Assembly: GCA_964606035.1 (NCBI GenBank)
Contig: CAZSFB010000002.1
Span: 1-25,470, forward strand
Origin: an uncultured bacterium
GTDB lineage: Bacteria; JAGRBM01; JAHCIT01
DNA: 25,470 nucleotides
Reading direction: 5' to 3'
In this document: piece by piece, positions 8,209 through 16,317 of the stretch
Layout: the number at the start of each line of letters is the position of its first letter
Numbering within the stretch: the stretch's first letter is position 1
The notes under the pieces: model-generated
Told to the model about the DNA's origin: nothing
What the model saw: only the letters and a program-made list of their open reading frames with translations
The model's database searches: none
Translations under genes and position numbers: made by a program

Positions 8209-9678
8209 ATGCCGACTTATGGCCTTGCGCCCATCCATCCCGTCACGAAGAACGAGATACTCACATTCAACCGCTGGGAAGTTTCCCTTGCCAGGGACCG
8301 GGCCCTTCGGCCCCACCGGCTCTCGCCAATCCAGTACGACCAAGTCAGGTACCTGATCAACTTCGCACGTCTCACCCGATTCCGGCCGGGCTGCGCCGGC
8401 AGGATCGGTCAGATGACATCCATCCGGCATGATGTTGACCTGACCCAGGAGCTCACCGTTTTCCGCACACGTGTGCACCGGGTCCTCTCGGGTGCCTTTT
8501 CCGGCAGCTACATCAGCTACCACCAGCTTCTCAATGGCGTCCTGCGCATCTGGCCTGATCTCGTCAATATCCGCAGGCAGGTCATCACGCAGCATGGAGA
8601 TGAAATGACCGAGGAGGAACTGGATGCCGAGGTCTGCCGAAAGACCTGGGTCAGCGTTGCCGGGGGCGGCGGTGGTGCCGGGTATGTGTACATTGGCGCT
8701 TATGCTGAAATGAACGATGCGGGCCTTGAGCCGGGATATATTGTCGGGTCGTCCATCGGATCGATCATGGGACTGTTCCGGGCCCGCGACGTAAAGCCGG
8801 ATTTCCAGCGCATGCTTGATCTGGCCTATGCAATGAAATGGGACAATATTTTCCGGGCGATCAGCGTGAAGCGCCGTTATGGTCTTCCGGGGCTGCTGCG
8901 GCTTTTCCTCAGGGCAGGCATCAGCTCATTCTTCACCAAACCCGACGGTGCGCCCATGCGGCTCACGGATTTAGGCATCCCCTACGAAGCTGTCGTGGCC
9001 GGGATTCCCAAGGGCGCGCTCCGCGAATCCATAGACGAGTTCGAGCAGCACCTGCATCCCTTTTCACACAAAGTTCCTGCGTGGCAGCTGCGGGCCAATG
9101 TGGCCAAGCAGCTTATCAAGCTCGTCGCCTACATGAACCCTTTGCTCTGCAAGGAGCTCACCATTGGTGCGGACGAGACAACACGAGAATTTGATGCCGT
9201 GGATGCCGCCGGTTTCTCCTCTGCGGTGCCGGGCATCCTTCATTATGACGTGACACGGGACGACCCGCACATGCATGACATCCTGTCCGAGCTCATGCGA
9301 CGGGAAGAGCTGGCGGCACTGGTGGACGGAGGTGTTGCCAACAATGTGGCCTGCCGGACCGCCTTCCTGAGGGTTCTGGATGGCAATATCGGCACACGGA
9401 ATGTCTTTATCCTCGGCTATGACTGCTTCGCGCCAAAATATACCCAGGACCTCTACCTTCATGGGATCATGCGGATTATCCAATTACAGGTGGCCTTAAA
9501 CCGGCCATTTTCGGGCACGGTGATCGAATTCCCAAAAACCCTCTCGCCGCTCAACCTTGTTCCGGCCCGCTCCCAGATCGATTGGGCCGTGAGCGAAGGA
9601 CGGCGGGTCATGCGCAAGGAAATGCCCTGGATCCGGATCCTGATGAGCCCGGTGGAACGTGGCCAGCTCGGCCTGTAG
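8209..9678 (+). CDS. Patatin-like phospholipase
   Basis: Glycine-rich 'GGGGGAG' oxyanion loop, nucleophile elbow 'GSSIG' (GxSxG) and 'DGG' catalytic Asp motif, in the correct order. Confidence 0.9.
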   Translation: MPTYGLAPIHPVTKNEILTFNRWEVSLARDRALRPHRLSPIQYDQVRYLINFARLTRFRPGCAGRIGQMTSIRHDVDLTQELTVFRTRVHRVLSGAFSGSYISYHQLLNGVLRIWPDLVNIRRQVITQHGDEMTEEELDAEVCRKTWVSVAGGGGGAGYVYIGAYAEMNDAGLEPGYIVGSSIGSIMGLFRARDVKPDFQRMLDLAYAMKWDNIFRAISVKRRYGLPGLLRLFLRAGISSFFTKPDGAPMRLTDLGIPYEAVVAGIPKGALRESIDEFEQHLHPFSHKVPAWQLRANVAKQLIKLVAYMNPLLCKELTIGADETTREFDAVDAAGFSSAVPGILHYDVTRDDPHMHDILSELMRREELAALVDGGVANNVACRTAFLRVLDGNIGTRNVFILGYDCFAPKYTQDLYLHGIMRIIQLQVALNRPFSGTVIEFPKTLSPLNLVPARSQIDWAVSEGRRVMRKEMPWIRILMSPVERGQLGL

Positions 9679-9683
9679 GCACA

Positions 9684-10484
9684 TCAATGGCTATGCGCGA
9701 TGGCGTGCACATGATGATGGATTGATGCGCCAACCGAACGAAGCGCCCCGGCGGCCATATCCGCCGGTGTCATCCCGGCAAAGTCCACCCCGTCCAGCCA
9801 GATATCATAGGACGAGCCCGTGTTCACGGAATATGCCTGGACTTCAGAAAGAACGAGCGGGGCGGGGTTGCCGTCCTCGTTCCGGAATACGACCGTCACC
9901 ACGAGCGTGTCGTCCGACTCAATAACAAAGGGCACCTCCCCTTCGTCATCATAGTAGCCTGACAGATAGAGACTCCTGCCCACCATATCCGGATCTTCGG
10001 GAAGTCCTTCCGCATCCGGATCAGCCGGACCGATTTCGACTTTCATTGAACAGTATTCTCCAGGAGGCGGCTGGAGGTCCGCGATCAGCGACGGTTCTTC
10101 CATCGCCCCACCCGCATCCACGACAAAAGGCACCCCGCTCTGAGTGGGAGTGCTGCTGGAGTGGGCATGGGCGGTACGGACAGGGAAAATCAGGTAAAGC
10201 AGTTTCGCCACAGGTCCGTCATCACAGGGAACCAGTTCCGTCCCGGAGACAGTGATATATGCCTGCTCCAGCGTGACCACATACCCCTCGTCATTTTCAA
10301 ACGGACCGGCATGAATCTGAACGTCATGTTTCACCTGCATGCCACCCCCCTCAAGCACCGTGGGAGATGGATGCACATAAAGCCCCACTTCCAGGGAAAT
10401 CCCCAAATGCTCCGACGTACAGCCCGCAAGAAGCGCACAAAGGGCCATTACCGCAAAACGGAGCCTCTTAAATGCTGATGTCAT
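9684..10484 (-). CDS. His-rich lipoprotein of unknown function (putative metal-binding)
   Basis: GGAGG Shine-Dalgarno 8 nt upstream of the ATG at 10484, preferred over the ORF-track start at 10505. Basic N-terminus, hydrophobic core and lipobox LAG|C. C-terminus HHHVHAIAHSH. Confidence 0.8.
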   Translation of the reverse strand: MTSAFKRLRFAVMALCALLAGCTSEHLGISLEVGLYVHPSPTVLEGGGMQVKHDVQIHAGPFENDEGYVVTLEQAYITVSGTELVPCDDGPVAKLLYLIFPVRTAHAHSSSTPTQSGVPFVVDAGGAMEEPSLIADLQPPPGEYCSMKVEIGPADPDAEGLPEDPDMVGRSLYLSGYYDDEGEVPFVIESDDTLVVTVVFRNEDGNPAPLVLSEVQAYSVNTGSSYDIWLDGVDFAGMTPADMAAGALRSVGASIHHHVHAIAHSH

Positions 10485-11367
10485 AAGTGATGCCTCCAAG
10501 GGCATTTACGCCCTCGCTGTGATTTCCTCTAAGGCCGTTGATCACCGGGATCCTCACGAGAGCATGGACAATCAGGCTTTCTGACGGGCTCCAGATCAAC
10601 CCCGGAGACGCGAAAACGATCGAGCCGCCGGTGTCAGGCACTCTTGTGCCCGCCTGGTAATCGGCAGCACTCCACCGGGAATCGAAGCCCGCCTGAAGCG
10701 CAAATTTCTGGGAAATCTGATACTGGCCAGAAACTGTCCAGAGGACGGAAGCTCCCGGTTCATAGGCCTGATGGCCCTCGGAGGACACCTGCACATAGCC
10801 AGTTGCATACAGTGACCATGGGTACCGGTAATATCCGTACCAGAGCCCCATGTTTCCCGCCCATGCGCCGATTCCCGGCTGGGCCTCAACGGCCAGCGGA
10901 TTACCGGCTGTGGACTTTCCCTCTCGCGAGACAGGAAGTTTGATGCCCGCGAGCACCGCCGCCAGATGGCGCCGGGACCTGCCCCTGTCGCCCAGAAAAA
11001 AATATTTTCCGTTCAGCTCAACATCACCAAGACCGAAGGAGCTTTCCTCCGCAAGATTCGGCAAAACATATTCCTTGCGTACGAGGGGCACGGAGAGACC
11101 AACAAACAGCCATGACGCCGGTGCCCAGGCGGACCCCAATGCAAACCGGTCCTCGGTCACCTCGGTCCGGCTGATCCCCGGTATGCCAGATTTCTCCGAC
11201 CTCCGGCGGTATTCTAGAGAAACGCGGATAAGGTTCTCGAAGGGTTTCTCGTTGCCAAGCAGCGTCAGGGTAGGATCTCCGCAGGCACAGGATGCACAGG
11301 CGGCTGCAGAACCCGCCGCCGCGGCACAGATACCCAGAACCAGGATGAATACGTATGTCGCCCGCAT
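10468..11367 (-). CDS. Secreted outer-membrane beta-barrel-like protein ('transporter'/MetA-pathway-like) with N-terminal CxxCxC
   Basis: Signal peptide MRATYVFILVLGICAAAAGSAAA followed by CASCACGDP. Amphipathic beta-strand pattern throughout, ending in 'GGITYDISI'. The ATG at 11367 is preferred over 11505, which lies inside regA. The stop overlaps the lipoprotein start by 17 nt. Confidence 0.72.
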   Translation of the reverse strand: MRATYVFILVLGICAAAAGSAAACASCACGDPTLTLLGNEKPFENLIRVSLEYRRRSEKSGIPGISRTEVTEDRFALGSAWAPASWLFVGLSVPLVRKEYVLPNLAEESSFGLGDVELNGKYFFLGDRGRSRRHLAAVLAGIKLPVSREGKSTAGNPLAVEAQPGIGAWAGNMGLWYGYYRYPWSLYATGYVQVSSEGHQAYEPGASVLWTVSGQYQISQKFALQAGFDSRWSAADYQAGTRVPDTGGSIVFASPGLIWSPSESLIVHALVRIPVINGLRGNHSEGVNALGGITYDISI

Positions 11368-11405
11368 TGCCGGGATGTTTAGCGGACCCCGGACGGACCG
11401 GGAAT

Positions 11406-11420
11406 GCGGCAATTTGTCGC
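11406..11420. promoter_or_regulatory. RegA/PrrA/RegR binding box
   Basis: GCGGC-AATTT-GTCGC exactly matches the established RegR/RegA-family consensus GCGGC-N5-GTCGC. It sits in the 55-nt gap between the regA stop and the barrel gene start. Confidence 0.7.
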
Positions 11421-11422
11421 AG

Positions 11423-11992
11423 CTACTTCTGGACCGGAAACTTGACGAGTTTCCGCTGGAGCGATCGCCGGTGAATCCCCAAAAGCCGGGCGGCCTGAGA
11501 CACATTGCCTCCGCAGTCCGCCAGCACCCGGTTAATATGTTCCCACTCCACCCGGGCCAGCGACGGGACAGAGCTCGTCACAGGGGGGACCTCGCCCGCG
11601 GGTCCGGAAGTACCATTTCCCACTCGGGAAAATGCGGCAATGATTTCCTCGATATCCGCCGGCTTCGTCAGGTAGTGCTTTGCTCCCAGCCTGACTGCCT
11701 CGATGGCCGTGGCGATGCTCCCGTACCCCGTCAGTACAACGATATTAGTCAGGGGATCAATGGCCTTCAGTTCCCTGACCAGGTCAAGCCCGCCGCCATC
11801 CGGCATACGCAAATCCACAATCGCCAGTTCAGGAAACTCGGCCCTCGCAAATGCCAGCGCCTCGGCCACATTGGCCGCCGCGCTCACCTCATATCCCCTA
11901 GAACGGAACGCCCGGGCAAGGCGGTTCCGGAACGGTTCGTCATCGTCAGCAATCAATAATGTCAGACCGGTTTCAGCCGTTGAAATGTCCAT
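11423..11992 (-). CDS. regA: RegA/PrrA/ActR-family response regulator
   Basis: Receiver domain ('LLIADDD', 'AIVDLRMPD', 'LTGYGSIATA', 'YLTKP') plus the family-diagnostic Fis-type HTH 'SLARVEWEHINRVLADCGGNVSQAARLLGIHRRSLQRKL'. Confidence 0.95.
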   Translation of the reverse strand: MDISTAETGLTLLIADDDEPFRNRLARAFRSRGYEVSAAANVAEALAFARAEFPELAIVDLRMPDGGGLDLVRELKAIDPLTNIVVLTGYGSIATAIEAVRLGAKHYLTKPADIEEIIAAFSRVGNGTSGPAGEVPPVTSSVPSLARVEWEHINRVLADCGGNVSQAARLLGIHRRSLQRKLVKFPVQK

Positions 11993-13286
11993 ATGCCGAA
12001 TCTCCCGAAGCTGTCACCGTCAACTTCACGAGCGTCCCGCCGCCGGTAACCGAATCAATGTCGACGCTCCCACTCAGCCGTTCCGCCAGTCCTCTCACGA
12101 GGAACAGCCCGAGCCCCATCCCCTGCCCGGCAGGTTTTGTCGTGAAAAACGGCTCCCCCGCCCGCGATCGCACCCCCGGAGACATCCCCGGACCATCGTC
12201 GCGGACGGCAAAGCAGACCTGACGCCCGCTCCGGGCGGCTTCAACCTCAACCTGCCCTTCCGGTCCGGCGGCATCCACCGCATTCCTGACCAGATTTGCA
12301 ACCGCCTGGGCCACCGCATTGTATGGAAGCAGGACGGTAAACGGCTCAATAGACACCCTGATGCGCGGATCGCCGTCATATCCCGCTTTCAACAGGGCCG
12401 CATTCACCAGCTCAGTCGCATTGCACTGCCGGGGCATCTCCCCAGATGATTCCCCGGCCTCGGTGCTCATCCGGCCAAGGATCTCCCGGCAACGCTTGAC
12501 CTCCTGCCGGATCAGGTTTGCGTCATCCAGAAGCCCGGACTTCTCCGGGAGCATGCCGATGGACCGCTCCAGTTCCCCCGCCGCCACCGCAATGGTCGCC
12601 AGCGGTGAGCCAAGCTCATGTGCCGCACCAGCTGCAAGTGTAGCCAGCGATGCAAGTCGCTCGTTACGTGCCGCTATTTCCCGGGTTTTCTCAAGTTCCT
12701 GCTCCCGGCGCCGGAGCCGTTCGGAGACATCCACCACGAACCAGGCTATGAGTGCTGCTGTCAGCGCATATGCGACCCACATTCCCTGCAGATGCAGGGA
12801 AAACGTCTCTCCGGGGCCATGATGGTGCATGTCAGGATGACCACCACCAGATTCCCCCGCAGGCCCGGAGAGAGGCACATGCCAGAAGAAAAGGACTCCG
12901 AAACCCGCCACCGACAGCACGACCAGAGCCAGTGCCCACCGGGGAGAAAGCATCGCCGCTGACAGGGTCACATGGACCAGATACAGGACGCTAAAGGGGT
13001 TGCTGGGGCCGCCGGTCCAATAAAGAAGGGCCGTGAGCAGGCACACGTCCAGCGCCATGACGGAGCCAGTGAGAGCTTCGCGATCCTGTATCTCTCCGGG
13101 AAGACGAACCAGCCAGAGATTCGATCCGACGGTAATCAGAAGGATAATGGCCAGCGAAATACCCGGCAGTTAAGAAACCAGCCAGTACCGGAAGACAAGC
13201 GCGGCGATGACCTGACCGCCGGCTGCACCCCAGCGCAGCCCGGTCAGCCATTCAAGGCCGCTGTCTTTCCGGGGTTTTAGGCTCAC
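11973..13286 (-). pseudogene. regB: RegB/PrrB-family sensor histidine kinase interrupted by an in-frame TAA at codon 39 (pseudogene or sequence error); intact downstream ORF 13058->11973
   Basis: GTG at 13286 with GGAGG 9 nt upstream reads MSLKPRKDSGLEWLTGLRWGAAGGQVIAALVFRYWLVS*LPGISLAIILL...MALDV, all in one frame. The stop is at 13172-13170. Downstream are the GGPSNPF quinone motif, H-box 'AAHELGSPL', 'RCREIL' redox Cys, N-box 'NLVRNA' and G-boxes. Confidence 0.8.
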
Positions 13287-13421
13287 TCGCCGGGACCTCC
13301 GCCGCCGCTTCTGTCATATCCGGTGCAGCCAGTCATCAGGGCAGATGGGTTCTAGCGGATTGACTTATTCGATGCCACGAATGATTACACCGGGCAGTTC
13401 AACTAGCAGAGGCAACTGAAC

Positions 13422-14033
13422 ATGACCATGAAACTGTATTATGCACCCCGCACCCGCTCGAGCCGCGTCCGCTGGATCCTGGAAGAGGCCGGAATCCCCT
13501 ACGAATTGGAACGCATTGACATGGCCGCAGGGGGCCATAAAAAGCCCGAATATCTATCCGTGCACCCCCTGGGTTCGGTACCAGCTTTCAAGGACGGCGA
13601 CCGCACCCTGATCGAATCCGCAGCCATCTGCATGTATATCGCGGACAAGTTCCCCGAAAAGAAACTGGCGCCGGCTCCCGGAACTCTCGAGCGCGGGGAG
13701 TATTACCAGTGGATCATGTATGGCATGGCAACGATGGAGCCACCAGTCGCCACAGTATTCATGCAGACCGTCATGCTGCCGCCGGAGAAGCGAAATCCGC
13801 ATGTGCTTGACGAGGCCAAAACGAGATACAAAACGGTTCTGGATGTCCTTCAGAATGGGCTCAAGGGGAAAGAGTTCATCGCGGGTGGTCAGTTCTCAGT
13901 GGCAGACGTGATTATCGCCTCGATCCTGTCGTGGTCGAAAGCGCTCGGCCTGCTGGAACATCACCCGGATCTGGTCAACTACAGCAAGGCGATGACCTCG
14001 CGTCCGGCCTTCAAGCGGGCGATAGCCGACTGA
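13422..14033 (+). CDS. Glutathione S-transferase family protein
   Basis: 'KLYYAPRTRSSRVRWILEE', 'HPLGSVP', 'LIESAAICMY', 'FSVADV', 'RPAF'. 203 aa. Confidence 0.95.
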   Translation: MTMKLYYAPRTRSSRVRWILEEAGIPYELERIDMAAGGHKKPEYLSVHPLGSVPAFKDGDRTLIESAAICMYIADKFPEKKLAPAPGTLERGEYYQWIMYGMATMEPPVATVFMQTVMLPPEKRNPHVLDEAKTRYKTVLDVLQNGLKGKEFIAGGQFSVADVIIASILSWSKALGLLEHHPDLVNYSKAMTSRPAFKRAIAD

Positions 14034-14046
14034 CCGTTCCCGGTTC

Positions 14047-15465
14047 CTAGAGCAGGTTCGCGGATTTCTCCGCGAGCTCAGACCGTTCCCCCTGCGTGAG
14101 CACCATGGCGCCGGCGATCTGTTGGCCACGGAACTTTTCTATCACATACGTGAGGCCGTTGGACCGCGAATCCACATAGGGATTGTCAATCTGGTAGGGA
14201 TCGCCCGTCAGGACAATCTTGGTCCCCTCACCGGCCCGGGTCAGGATCGTCTTGATCTCGTGGGGTGTCAGGTTCTGGGCCTCGTCCACGATGATAAACT
14301 GGTGGGGGATGGTCCGCCCGCGGATGTAGGTCAGCGGCTCTATTTCCAGTATCCCCAGGTCAATCAGGTCCTGGTACCGGCGTCTCTTGTGCGCCCCTCG
14401 TCCGTATTCCGAACCCCGGCGGCCGCTCTGCGGGGTCTCCGAGTCGGCCGACAGCAGGTATTCAATATTGTCGAAGATTGGCTGCATCCACGGCTTCAGC
14501 TTTTCCTCTACATCGCCGGGGAGGTACCCCAAGTCCCGGCCCAACGGAAAGATCGGCCTCGACACCAGAAGTTTCTGGTACCGGTGCTCGTCCGCGGTCC
14601 GCATCAGCGCACAGGCGATGGCGAGAAGCGTTTTTCCGGTACCGGCCTTGCCGACCAGCGTCACCAGCGGAATGCGGTCGTCCAGCAGCAGGTCCATGGC
14701 GAACACCTGCTCCCGGTTCCGGGGCCTGACGCCCCAGATCGCCTCCTTGGGAGGCTTGACCAGGAACAGCCCACTGGTCCCGTTCTCGCGGTGCCGTGCC
14801 AGCGCAGAGTGGCTCGGGACATATCGGTCCACGAGGACAATACATTCGTTCGCCTCCAGCGGAGGCTCACCCTCCCCCGGGGTGAACTGCATCTGCCCCT
14901 CCCGATAAATACGGTCAATGACATCCGGCTCGACCTCGACGGTCCGCAGATGGCGGTACAGGTCATCCAGATTCCGCTCGGGTCCCGTGTGGTAGTCCAC
15001 TGCCTTGAGGCCCAGCGCATCGGCCTTAATCCTCAGGTTCACGTCACGAGAGACCACCCATACCTCAGGGCGCACATTCGAGAACAATCCGCCCTCAGGC
15101 CCCAGCAGTTTCCCGATCAGGTTCCCCTGCTGGATGGATAGTGCCACCGACAGGATACGGTTGTCCGCCTTGTGGCTGTCCAGATCATCCGGCAGCAGCC
15201 GGAGATCGGTCTCAAACCCCACGGCAACAACCAGCTTGCCGCCACCTTCGAGATCCACGCCCTTTGATAGGAGCCCCTTGGACCGGAGACTGTCCAGATA
15301 GCGCATGACCATGCGGGCGTTGCGACCAAGCTCGGTCTGGTCCCGCTTGAACGTGTCCAGTTCCTCAAGAACCGTAATCGGCACTACCACATATTCTGAC
15401 GAGAACTTCGAGATGCACTGGGGATCAAAAAGAAGGACGTTCGTATCAATGACGTAACACTTCAA
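14047..15465 (-). CDS. PIN-PhoH (PhoH2/YlaK-like) protein
   Basis: PIN motifs 'YVIDTNVLL', 'EELD', 'DNRIL', 'SRDVNLRIKA'. PhoH ATPase motifs 'GKAGTGKT', 'RGRT', 'DEAQN', 'GDPYQID'. TTG at 15465 has GGAGG 10 nt upstream (ORF-track start 15504). Confidence 0.93.
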   Translation of the reverse strand: MKCYVIDTNVLLFDPQCISKFSSEYVVVPITVLEELDTFKRDQTELGRNARMVMRYLDSLRSKGLLSKGVDLEGGGKLVVAVGFETDLRLLPDDLDSHKADNRILSVALSIQQGNLIGKLLGPEGGLFSNVRPEVWVVSRDVNLRIKADALGLKAVDYHTGPERNLDDLYRHLRTVEVEPDVIDRIYREGQMQFTPGEGEPPLEANECIVLVDRYVPSHSALARHRENGTSGLFLVKPPKEAIWGVRPRNREQVFAMDLLLDDRIPLVTLVGKAGTGKTLLAIACALMRTADEHRYQKLLVSRPIFPLGRDLGYLPGDVEEKLKPWMQPIFDNIEYLLSADSETPQSGRRGSEYGRGAHKRRRYQDLIDLGILEIEPLTYIRGRTIPHQFIIVDEAQNLTPHEIKTILTRAGEGTKIVLTGDPYQIDNPYVDSRSNGLTYVIEKFRGQQIAGAMVLTQGERSELAEKSANLL

Positions 15466-15546
15466 AAGTCTGAAACCTCCGCCGCCGTCAGCATCCCTTC
15501 GCATTCACCAATGCTGCGAGACTGGAACTGCCCGCAAGCGGCCTGT

Positions 15547-16203
15547 TCATCCCTGAACACCCACGCTGTCGAACAGTTTCCGGTAAACACTGACCGGCTG
15601 CACTCCTAAAGCCCTCAGCCCCCCGGCAAGAATCGTCGGTACCCCGGTGACCAGTTCGTCGTAACCAGCCTCCCGGTTCGCCTCAACCGCATCAAAATGG
15701 ACGCGATCCTCAAGGACCTGGCACATGCGCCCCGCATCCGCACCGGCGTCCCGGGCCAGATCAACCAGCACGGCCCAGTTTCCGATATCGGCTCCATTGA
15801 TGAAATATGCGTCGAAAACATTGCGGCGGAACCGCTCCGCCAGCCCGTTCTGCCCCAGTTCCCAAGCCGCCTCCAGAGCCAGATGCGTGTTCGGAATCAC
15901 CGGGGGAGGATTGATGGTAATGGAATATTCCGCTGCTGTTTTTGCGACTGCGTTCCATATCCCGGACAGCACCCCTCCACCAGCCTGCCCCGGCCGGATT
16001 CCGGCCTCGGGGATTTCAGGATGAAGCTCGAATCCGGTCCAGTAGATATCGAACCGGTAGTCATCTCGCAGCCGGTCCAGCTGCTTCTCGGCGAGGAAAC
16101 AGTAGGGACAGAGAAAATCCGAATAGATGCGGAGCGGAATCGGCTTCGTCACTACTCTGCCATTCTTCGGGCCATGCCACCCCCGAAGCTGCTGTTTGGA
16201 CAA
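15547..16203 (-). CDS. DsbA-family oxidoreductase (FrnE/HCCA-isomerase-like)
   Basis: 'IYSDFLCPYC' CxxC, 'FELHPE', 'PNTHLA' and 'GVPT' cis-Pro loop. Start uncertain (TTG 16203 or GTG 16152). Confidence 0.9.
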   Translation of the reverse strand: MSKQQLRGWHGPKNGRVVTKPIPLRIYSDFLCPYCFLAEKQLDRLRDDYRFDIYWTGFELHPEIPEAGIRPGQAGGGVLSGIWNAVAKTAAEYSITINPPPVIPNTHLALEAAWELGQNGLAERFRRNVFDAYFINGADIGNWAVLVDLARDAGADAGRMCQVLEDRVHFDAVEANREAGYDELVTGVPTILAGGLRALGVQPVSVYRKLFDSVGVQG

Positions 16204-16235
16204 CTTCGCGCCGACCAGCCACGTTATTGTTTGGA

Positions 16236-16270
16236 ATTATACCGGTAATCCGAAGCGTTTCACAACGCTT
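16236..16270 (-). promoter_or_regulatory. Candidate sigma70 promoter with an overlapping palindromic operator upstream of the DsbA-family gene
   Basis: Minus strand TTGTGA (16265-16260), 18-nt spacer, TATAAT (16241-16236). A perfect inverted repeat AAGCGTT-tcac-AACGCTT (16253-16270) covers the -35. Confidence 0.45.
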
Positions 16271-16287
16271 TTTATCGATACTGGCAA

Positions 16288-16316
16288 CGGCACGGTGACA
16301 AATACCTACCGTGCCG
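16288..16316 (-). terminator. Hairpin just after the small HTH gene stop (possible weak terminator or processing stem)
   Basis: 9-bp perfect stem CGGCACGGT / ACCGTGCCG with an 11-nt loop, starting 1 nt after the TGA at 16318. There is no strong U-tract on the minus strand, so confidence is low. Confidence 0.3.
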
Positions 16317-16317
16317 C

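Noticed and set aside
10850-11959. 369-aa plus-strand ORF antisense to the barrel gene and regA (likewise 14122-15141, 6770-7627, 991-1746, 21205-22005, 24432-25169)
   Set aside because: Shadow ORFs opposite well-supported genes, expected in GC-rich DNA. They are low-complexity Ser/Pro/Arg-rich sequences with no motifs.
12991-13251. 86-aa minus-strand ORF upstream of the annotated regB ORF, which could suggest a frameshift
   Set aside because: The true RegB N-terminus is in the kinase's own frame, so the defect is a nonsense codon and not a frameshift. This ORF is off-frame noise.
13360-13388. TTGACT as the -35 of a GST promoter
   Set aside because: The hexamer at proper spacing (GATTAC) is a poor -10 match, so support is insufficient.
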